Source of the DNA: Actinomycetota bacterium
GTDB taxonomy: Bacteria; Actinomycetota; UBA4738; HRBIN12
Assembly: GCA_046728055.1 (NCBI GenBank)
Contig: JBKPDU010000018.1
Coordinates: 1 to 50,420 of the forward strand
DNA: 50,420 nt
Direction: 5' to 3'
Under the pieces are notes generated by a model. It saw only the letters and a list, made by a program, of their open reading frames with translations. It ran no database searches and was not told the DNA's origin. This document shows positions 45,301-50,420 of the stretch, one piece after another (the stretch's first letter is position 1; each line of letters opens with the position of its first letter). The position numbers and the translations under genes were made by a program.

Positions 45301-47169
45301 GTCCGAGCCGAGGACGCCGAAGTCGTGCAGGAACCGCTCGTCGGCCTCGCCGACCAGATGCGTGGGAACCTCCTCGACCACGCGTAATCCGAGGCCTTCG
45401 AGCGTCGGGACGAAATCGGACAGTTCGATCTTGCCCCCGACCTTGTACAGGCGCGCTCGGGTCAGCGTTTCGCCTCCACTGGTCTCGTTCACCAGTCCCA
45501 CCACGAACGCTTGACCGTCCGCCTCGAGCTCCTCGAATCGTTCGATGTCAAAGGCGGCGATATCCACGTCGGTGGAAGACTTGTAGTAGTCGGGAAACCG
45601 GGGAACCCATCGATCGAACAGCTCGGGCCCACGCTCCGGCCCGTGAAGCTCGAGCAGACGCTCGCGGAGTCGGTCGTCCCACGTCTGCGTGAGCCGGACC
45701 ACTTCCTCTTCGAGCTCGGCGACCGAGACGTCTGGTATCTGTCCGAAGCTCACGTGGACGGTGAAGTGCATCCCGGCAAGCTGGCTCTCGCCGAGCGAGA
45801 GGTGATAGTCCACGCTCGAGCCCTTGAACCGCCGGACGAACAGCTCCTGGAGCTGTCTGCGGAGCTCGGCATTGAACCGATCCCGGGGCAGGGCCACGAG
45901 GATCCAGACGCTCCGCCCGTACAGATCGCGCCGGATGAACAGCCGGACCTGGCGCTGCTCCTGAAGGTGCAGGAGCCCGATGACGGACGTCCGGAGCTCC
46001 TCGGCCGACGCGGCGAACAGTTCGTCCTTGGGGAAGCTGTCGAAGATCGTGACCACGGTCTTGTAGTCGTGCGAGCCCTCGATGAGGTCCTCGGCCTCCA
46101 GGATCTGCTTCAGCTTTCGGTGCAGGAGCGGGGTCTTGGCGGCCGGCTCCAGGTACGCCTTCGATGTGAACAGGCCGACCATCCGCAGCTCGCCGACGAT
46201 GCGGCCCTCCGGCGAGACCCGCCGGACGCCGATGTAGTCCATCCTGGCCCTGCGGTGCACGGTCGAGGGCCGGTTCGTCTTCGAGTAGATGAGCAGGTCT
46301 CCGCCCTCGATCCGAGACCGCAGGTTGGGCTCGATCCGAGACAGCGGCACGGGTGTGTCGTACGAGGACCAGCGTGGCTTGGACAGGATCCCCAGACCGG
46401 ACTCCGGAACGACGTGCAGCGCACGGCCTTCGGGCGTCTCGATCAACTCGTACTCGCGGTATCCGAGGAACACGAAGTTGTCCTGGAGCAGCCACTCGAG
46501 GAACGCGACGGTCTCCGAGACCTCTCCGTCGCTGTACAGCACCGCAGCGGCCTTCGCCGTGTCCACCATCCGCCCCAGGCGGTCCTGCATCGCCCGGAAG
46601 TCTCGGACAGCCAGACGCACGTCGCCCAGGACGCTGCGGACCGCATCTTCCAGCTCGACCAGCTCCCCCCGTTCCAGGCGATGGTCAACCTCCCAATGCA
46701 TCACCGATTCGGCTGTGGGGGATTCGCGGACGTGCATGATCCGTTGGATACGGCCCTGCGCATCGCGCTCGACCCCCATGACCGGGTGGATGACGCGGCG
46801 GACCGACAGCCCTCGGGCCCGTAGTTCCTCGTTCACCGAGTCGAACAGGAACGGTGAGTCCTCCGTGTTGGTCTCGACGACCGAGCCGGGAGTGTGGTAA
46901 CCATCCTGTTCGATCGTCGGGTTGAAGGCCCGGACGGCGACCTCCTGCGATCCTCGAGCGTCGGCAAGTTCGAACGCGCCCAGCACCTGTCTGAGGAGCT
47001 CGTCGGCGCCGATCTCTGCGAGATCCTCGGGTGACAGCCGACGCGTGTATCGTCGGGCGAATTCCCGCACCGCCTCCGTCCGCTGCGGAGCGACGGCGCC
47101 CTCGACCTTCGCCAGGACCTCCTTGACGAGTGGACCCTCGTCGGTCGTCGTCTGGTCGGTGATGCTCAC
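42370..47169 (-). CDS. gdh: Large NAD-specific glutamate dehydrogenase (~180 kDa class)
   Basis: 1599 aa in a single ORF with coding-like composition throughout. The central catalytic region has GGIRWSDR, KGGFV, AADKGTA and GGSTGYDHK motifs. Confidence 0.9.
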   Translation of the reverse strand: MSITDQTTTDEGPLVKEVLAKVEGAVAPQRTEAVREFARRYTRRLSPEDLAEIGADELLRQVLGAFELADARGSQEVAVRAFNPTIEQDGYHTPGSVVETNTEDSPFLFDSVNEELRARGLSVRRVIHPVMGVERDAQGRIQRIMHVRESPTAESVMHWEVDHRLERGELVELEDAVRSVLGDVRLAVRDFRAMQDRLGRMVDTAKAAAVLYSDGEVSETVAFLEWLLQDNFVFLGYREYELIETPEGRALHVVPESGLGILSKPRWSSYDTPVPLSRIEPNLRSRIEGGDLLIYSKTNRPSTVHRRARMDYIGVRRVSPEGRIVGELRMVGLFTSKAYLEPAAKTPLLHRKLKQILEAEDLIEGSHDYKTVVTIFDSFPKDELFAASAEELRTSVIGLLHLQEQRQVRLFIRRDLYGRSVWILVALPRDRFNAELRRQLQELFVRRFKGSSVDYHLSLGESQLAGMHFTVHVSFGQIPDVSVAELEEEVVRLTQTWDDRLRERLLELHGPERGPELFDRWVPRFPDYYKSSTDVDIAAFDIERFEELEADGQAFVVGLVNETSGGETLTRARLYKVGGKIELSDFVPTLEGLGLRVVEEVPTHLVGEADERFLHDFGVLGSDGQPLDVAESGARIAQAISAVWRGEAESDSLNRLVVTGGLNWREVEILRAYRKYHHRVNAGFTAEYKNDAFAAYPHIGAKLIRLFELKFDPAGLQDPQAVEALRAEILGDLDAVRSLEQDRILRNHLGLVDATVRTNAYRPAAESIAFKFRSAMVPEIPKPRPLFEIWVYSTEVEAIHLRGGRVARGGIRWSDRRQDFRTEVLGLMKAQMVKNAVIVPTGSKGGFVLKRVPQDAEALREEVRRQYIRFMRGLLDLTDNLVDSKVVHPTDVVVHDEEDQYLVVAADKGTATLSDIANQVAEEYGFWLGDAFASGGSTGYDHKKLGITARGAWESVKRHFREMGTNPQTQPITVVGIGDMSGDVFGNGMLMSNQLCMVAAFDHRHVFIDPNPNPAAGYAERKRLFELPGSSWDDYDRSKISQGGGVWPRTQKRIPFSPEARGALGVDGEALTPDEVVKAILRAPVDLLWNGGIGTFVKGSTETRADVGDRVNDNVRVDGKDLRCRVVAEGGNLGFTQRGRIEYAFAGGRINTDFIDNSAGVDCSDHEVNLKILLGLAMQRGELSLGERNQLLPLVEQDVVRHVLYDNFLQAQILSQEVDQSTSRTEAFEDLMQALEREGVLDRELEALPGTDELGERRRTGRGLARPELAVLLAYAKKSLAAAVLASTLPDSRYLEQDLRGYFPPQVVERFGQLLPEHPLRRELIATIVANDVVNSQGITFVTRLSNETGAEAADVVRAYRVARDVTGAVGRWEAIEALVGRVEPSILADLLVGVDRLVELTSRWYLANVPDRLGRAIEAHREPFRELSEALPDVVTESSRQERERYAWRLVDQGVPEETARRHAFQAGLVHGPNVIEVAERTGRSVPEVARAFFAVGASLFIDWLEGRLAGLPTPSKWHRWAIQSVQDDLLLIRRLIAEKVLEEAGGRPVEEGVAAFLDDRSEAFDRLSRFMRGMALEDANDLAAVTVALRKIRALAS

Positions 47170-47215
47170 GGAGACATCGTACCGGCGGGCAGGGCGCAGA
47201 CAGCGCGCAGTCGCC

Positions 47216-47674
47216 CTACGGGCAGCTCGCTCGGGCGCTGTCGAGATCGACCATGCAGGAAGAGGCGTCCACCGCTTCGAATGCGGACGCCGGCACGGTC
47301 TTCAGCTGGTCCAGCAGGGCGTTTCGCCATCGCCGGTCCCGGGTTCCCTGGAAGTACCAGTCGGAGCCGTTGTCGGCGAGGATCAGCCCGTACCGTTTCA
47401 TCGCCCGGAGCACGACCCGGGCCTTGGGGGTGAATCGAGACAGATCGAACCCGGCCTTCAGCCGGAACCTGGCGCCCATGGACGGACACCGTTGGTCGGA
47501 TGTTCCCGCGTGGTGGCGGGCCGGCCAGACGTGCCGGTCCCGCGTGCACTGGGCGGTGAACCGGGCGAGCACGCATCCGACCGCCAGCCGGTTGCTCACG
47601 GTACAGGTCATCGGCATGGGGGCCGGAGGAGCTTGACCGAGTGTCGCCTGTCCGGCCCACCCGCGTTCCCCCAT
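47216..47674 (-). CDS. Hypothetical protein, possibly a 5'-truncated remnant of a larger conserved secreted-protein family
   Basis: The C-terminal ~130 aa (RFTAQCTRDRHVWPARHHAG....MGARFRLKAGFDLSRFTPKARVVLRAMKRYGLILADNGSDWYFQG..) look like the C-terminal part of longer actinobacterial proteins I recall. No signal peptide and no room for the N-terminal part before the tRNA. The start is uncertain (ATG 47674, 47617 or 47611). Confidence 0.4.
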   Translation of the reverse strand: MGERGWAGQATLGQAPPAPMPMTCTVSNRLAVGCVLARFTAQCTRDRHVWPARHHAGTSDQRCPSMGARFRLKAGFDLSRFTPKARVVLRAMKRYGLILADNGSDWYFQGTRDRRWRNALLDQLKTVPASAFEAVDASSCMVDLDSARASCP

Positions 47675-47741
47675 CTTGGCTCCGGTAACCAGGGCTTGAC
47701 GCAAATTGGGCTCTTCCGCCAGACTTGACGCAAGGCAGGCG

Positions 47742-47960
47742 ATGGTTGACGTAGCAGCTCCTCCCAAGCTGTTCGTGCACTGGCCCGATGATCTGCGTCG
47801 GGAGGATGGAACGCGGGACGTCCTGCTGGCGGCGGCCAGGCGGCAGGTGCCGGGCGTGGAGGACATCCTCGTGCTGCCGGACGGCGACTCGGAGGCTGGG
47901 CAGTTCGTCTACCTGAAGTTCGCCGACAAGATCCTCAGATACGCGCTCGAATGGGTGTGA
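47742..47960 (+). CDS. Small hypothetical protein (72 aa)
   Basis: ATG 47742. Sequence MVDVAAPPKLFVHWPDDLRREDGTRDVLLAAARRQVPGVEDILVLPDGDSEAGQFVYLKFADKILRYALEWV is plausible in composition. A TTGACG...CAGACT promoter-like pair lies upstream. Confidence 0.4.
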   Translation: MVDVAAPPKLFVHWPDDLRREDGTRDVLLAAARRQVPGVEDILVLPDGDSEAGQFVYLKFADKILRYALEWV

Positions 47961-47973
47961 GGCGAGGACCAGA

Positions 47974-48045
47974 GCTGGCGGTCGGATTCGAACCGACGAC
48001 CTGCTGTTTACAAGACAGCTGCTCTGCCAACTGAGCTACGCCAGC
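47974..48045 (-). tRNA. tRNA-Thr (anticodon UGU)
   Basis: The reverse complement folds as a cloverleaf: GCTGGCG-TA-GCTC-AGTTGGCA-GAGC-A-GCTGT-CTTGTAA-ACAGC-AGGTC-GTCGG-TTCGAAT-CCGAC-CGCCAGC. 72 nt, with CCA not encoded. Confidence 0.93.
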
Positions 48046-48064
48046 CTGCGGCCGAGTGTACCGC

Positions 48065-48859
48065 TCAGATCCGGCGCGACGGCAGGACGTAGGCGTACAG
48101 TACGGCTGCCAGCGAGGCCGCGGCGTTCAGCGAGGCCACCCGCCCGCGCATGGGCAGCCGGACCAGGGCGTCGCACGCCTCGCGCGTAAGCCGGGAGAGC
48201 CCCTCCCCCTCGGATCCGACGGCGATCGCCAGCCGGCCGGCCGGGCACGGGCGGTCGTACACCGTGGCCTCGGCGCCCTCGTCGAGCCCCACGACGGAGA
48301 ACCCCCCGTCCTTCAGCCGCTCGAGGGCTCGGGCGATGTTGGCCACCCGAGCACGAGGCAGGTGGAGCAGGGCACCGGCCGAGGCCTTCACCGCGGCGGG
48401 CGTGACGGGCGCGGCGCGCCTGATCCTGGTCACCAGCATGACCGCCCCGGCCCCCTCGGCCGCGCGTGCGGCAGCGCCGAGGTTCTGGGGGTCGGAGATG
48501 CCGTCGAGGACCACCACCAGGTCGTCGTCCCCGAACGCCCAGGAAGCAAGATCCCGCTCCCCGAGCTCGGGCGTGGCCTCGACCAGCGCCACCACCCCGT
48601 GGTGGTCGCGATCGAACCCGTCGAGCTCACGGCGTGAGGCGTCCCGAACCTGGACCCCCACCTCCCTCGCTGCATCGAGCACGTCCTGGAGCGCAGACGT
48701 GGACCGGGATCCTCGGGCGATCAGGATCTCCCGAGCCCGGCCGGCCCGGACCGCCTCCAGCGTGGCCCGTCGGCCGGCCACCACGCCACGGCCGGCGGGC
48801 TCCATTCGCCGGCTCCCGTGCGAGCCCTTCGTGTGCCGATCCCCGTGCGAGGAGCTCAT
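48065..48859 (-). CDS. rlmB: SpoU/TrmH-family RNA 2'-O-methyltransferase (RlmB-like)
   Basis: 264 aa. LDGISDPQNLGAAARAAEGAG, GSEGEGLS and SLNAAASLAAVLY. The start overlaps the ispF stop (ATGA). Confidence 0.8.
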   Translation of the reverse strand: MSSSHGDRHTKGSHGSRRMEPAGRGVVAGRRATLEAVRAGRAREILIARGSRSTSALQDVLDAAREVGVQVRDASRRELDGFDRDHHGVVALVEATPELGERDLASWAFGDDDLVVVLDGISDPQNLGAAARAAEGAGAVMLVTRIRRAAPVTPAAVKASAGALLHLPRARVANIARALERLKDGGFSVVGLDEGAEATVYDRPCPAGRLAIAVGSEGEGLSRLTREACDALVRLPMRGRVASLNAAASLAAVLYAYVLPSRRI

Positions 48860-49347
48860 CCCGCGGTCAGCACGGCGAGCGCGAGGCAGCCGACCCCGTC
48901 GCCGCTCAGGCCCAGGCCCTCGGGCCTGGTGGCCTTGACCGACACCCGGTCCACGCCGATCCGCAGCGTCGCCGCCACGTTTCGCCGCATCTCCTGGCGA
49001 GCGGGCGCGATCGCCGGCCGCTCGGCGATGACGGTGACGTCAGCCGAGTGTGGGGTGAGATCCCGACCTCGAACTAGTCCCACGGTTCGCGCCAGCAGGT
49101 CCAGGCCGGCGATCCCGGCCACCGCCGGATCGGTCTGGGGGAAATGCTCTCCGAGATCCCCCAGCGCCGCCGCGCCGAGGAGCGCGTCGGCGAGGGCATG
49201 ACACACGACGTCGCCGTCCGAGTGCCCGAGGAGACCCGGTTCTCCCGGGAACCGCACCCCACCGAGGAACAGGTCGCGGCCCACATCGGCTCGGTGCACG
49301 TCGAACCCCAGGCCCGGCAGGAACGCAGCCACGGCCCCCTCACTCAT
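48856..49347 (-). CDS. ispF: 2-C-methyl-D-erythritol 2,4-cyclodiphosphate synthase
   Basis: 163 aa. GLGFDVHR, GHSDGDVVCHAL and KATRPEGLG. Confidence 0.9.
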   Translation of the reverse strand: MSEGAVAAFLPGLGFDVHRADVGRDLFLGGVRFPGEPGLLGHSDGDVVCHALADALLGAAALGDLGEHFPQTDPAVAGIAGLDLLARTVGLVRGRDLTPHSADVTVIAERPAIAPARQEMRRNVAATLRIGVDRVSVKATRPEGLGLSGDGVGCLALAVLTAG

Positions 49348-49355
49348 CCGCTCGT

Positions 49356-50054
49356 TCAGCCACGTGCTCGTTCCGCCGCGAAGAGCTCCGCGAGCGCGAG
49401 TTCCTCGGGCGTGGTGATCTTGAAGTTGTCCGGGTCACCGGCCACGGCGGCCACGCGGTATCCGGCCCACTCCAGGGCTGCCGCGTCGTCGCTGAACTCC
49501 CGCCCGGCCTGCGCGGCCCGTCCATGGGCGTCGCGGAGGGCAGCGCCGCGGAAGGCCTGTGGGGTCTGGGCCAACGCCAGCTCCTCCCGGGAGCCCTCCG
49601 TCCGAACGACGAACCCGCCGCGAACCCGCTTCACCGTGTCCGCCACGGGCACGACCGGGATGGCACCGGCCGCCTCGGGCGTCACCTCCAGCGCTCCCAA
49701 TACGAGGACGAACAGCTGCGGAGAGGCGAAGGGACGCGCGGCGTCGTGACACACCACGAAGGGGACACTGTCGGGAACCACCGCCAGGGCGGCACGCACC
49801 GATCCGTGGCGCGATCGGCCGCCGGGGACCACGACCACCGGCTTTCCCGGCGCCACGATCGTCCGGGCGGTCCGCTCGAGGCCCATCGGGACCGTCACGA
49901 CCAGGGACCGGACGGCCGGGCAGGCGGCGGCGGCCTCCGCGGCACGCACGACCATCGGCGTGCCCCCGACCTCGATGAACGCCTTGGGCTCGGCCCGTCC
50001 GAGTCGCTCGCCCGCCCCGCCGGCCAGCACGATCGCCACGGCCCCGCCCGTCAC
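49356..50054 (-). CDS. ispD: 2-C-methyl-D-erythritol 4-phosphate cytidylyltransferase
   Basis: 232 aa. IVLAGGAGERLG...PKAF, VCHDAARPF, and a position directly upstream of ispF. Confidence 0.88.
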   Translation of the reverse strand: MTGGAVAIVLAGGAGERLGRAEPKAFIEVGGTPMVVRAAEAAAACPAVRSLVVTVPMGLERTARTIVAPGKPVVVVPGGRSRHGSVRAALAVVPDSVPFVVCHDAARPFASPQLFVLVLGALEVTPEAAGAIPVVPVADTVKRVRGGFVVRTEGSREELALAQTPQAFRGAALRDAHGRAAQAGREFSDDAAALEWAGYRVAAVAGDPDNFKITTPEELALAELFAAERARG

Positions 50055-50420
50055 GGGCCGGTCGACTCCTGGAGGTTGGCGAACACCATCCGGCCGGTCA
50101 CCGTGGTGATGACGTTTCGAGCCACCACCGGGACCTCCGAGCCGATGCGGTCGGTGGCGTTCTCCACGACGACCATGGTCCCGTCCTCCATGTACCCGAC
50201 CGCCTGGCCGTGCTCCCGTCCGTGCTTGACCAGCTCGATGGTGAGCTCGTCACCCGGACCAACGGGCACTCGGAACGCCGCAGCCAGCTCGTTCATACGG
50301 GGAACCCTCACCGAGAGCGCCTCGGCGATCTTCGCCAGGTTGTGATCCGTGGTGAGCAGGGAGGCGCCGCGCTCGCGCGCCAGGCGCACGAGCGCGGCGT
50401 CGACGTCGGGCACGCTGGAC
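50051..50420 (-). CDS. PIN/TRAM-domain protein (YacL-like), C-terminal part; 5' end lies beyond the window
   Basis: LLTTDHNLAKIAEALSVRV (PIN end) followed by a TRAM-like GDELTIELVKHGREHGQAVGYMEDGTMVVVE. The stop overlaps the ispD GTG. The ORF is open to the window edge. Confidence 0.65.
   Translation of the reverse strand, partial: SSVPDVDAALVRLARERGASLLTTDHNLAKIAEALSVRVPRMNELAAAFRVPVGPGDELTIELVKHGREHGQAVGYMEDGTMVVVENATDRIGSEVPVVARNVITTVTGRMVFANLQESTGP

Noticed and set aside
42311-45387. 976-aa (minus) and 826-aa (plus) ORFs inside the gdh gene, and similar ORFs 45511..46824 and 35264..37435 inside gdh and acs.
   Set aside because: They have low-complexity R/G/P/D/H composition and lie entirely within long genes that have coherent family-level sequence in a different frame.
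47695-47751. CTTGACGCAA occurs twice (47695, 47724), with a third TTGACG at 47746, upstream of and within the start of the 72-aa ORF. Considered as an operator array.
   Set aside because: One 10-mer pair within about 30 bp is roughly what chance allows once or twice per window. The first copy may simply be a -35 element (TTGACG, 18 nt, then CAGACT). I kept it only as weak promoter evidence.

Overview
This is a very GC-rich chromosomal segment; third codon positions are almost uniformly G/C. The gene repertoire looks Actinomycetota-like: a CIRCE-controlled orphan groEL, a LigC-type ATP-dependent DNA ligase, a ~1600-aa NAD-glutamate dehydrogenase, a DUF3263/LytR_C pair, and DUF5679- and DUF6457-like small proteins. 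I support about 55 protein-coding genes and one tRNA-Thr(UGU). I saw no rRNA, CRISPR array, transposase or integrase. Most content is housekeeping or metabolic: kbl/tdh, a PAS-GGDEF-EAL protein, a DEAD-box helicase, adenine deaminase, a short transketolase, a KamA-type aminomutase, two phosphoesterase (PLC/AcpA-family) paralogs, a sulfatase, Moco genes, groEL, acs, treT-otsA, gdh, and rlmB-ispF-ispD. Many long ORFs in the six-frame track are Arg/Gly/Pro-rich mirror-frame artefacts of the GC bias and were rejected. Two well-supported small genes below the track's size cutoff were found by eye: a 39-aa Lys/Ala-rich ORF at 25468-25587 and a 50-aa zinc-ribbon ORF at 37389-37541. The locus most worth a second look is 24.65-28.9 kb. 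It holds an operon for a signal-peptide/C-terminal-anchor protein, a membrane M50 (site-2 protease) enzyme fused to a PqqD/RRE-like N-domain and two cyclic-nucleotide-binding domains, and a Cys-rich zinc-ribbon protein. Three CRP-type boxes in 24-bp phase follow (one a perfect TGTGA-N6-TCACA), then the tiny basic ORF with its own hairpin, then a Crp/Fnr regulator gene. This could be a cyclic-nucleotide-gated intramembrane-proteolysis module, but that is inference, not demonstrated. Other oddities are a MogA::XdhC fusion leading a tightly coupled methyltransferase-sulfatase operon, convergent 3'-overlapping phosphoesterase paralogs, an RGG-repeat protein, a HemK-like methyltransferase with HPPY instead of NPPY, an orphan Cpn10-like gene, a three-Cys LarE-NIL-thioesterase operon, and a truncated-looking gene beside the tRNA.
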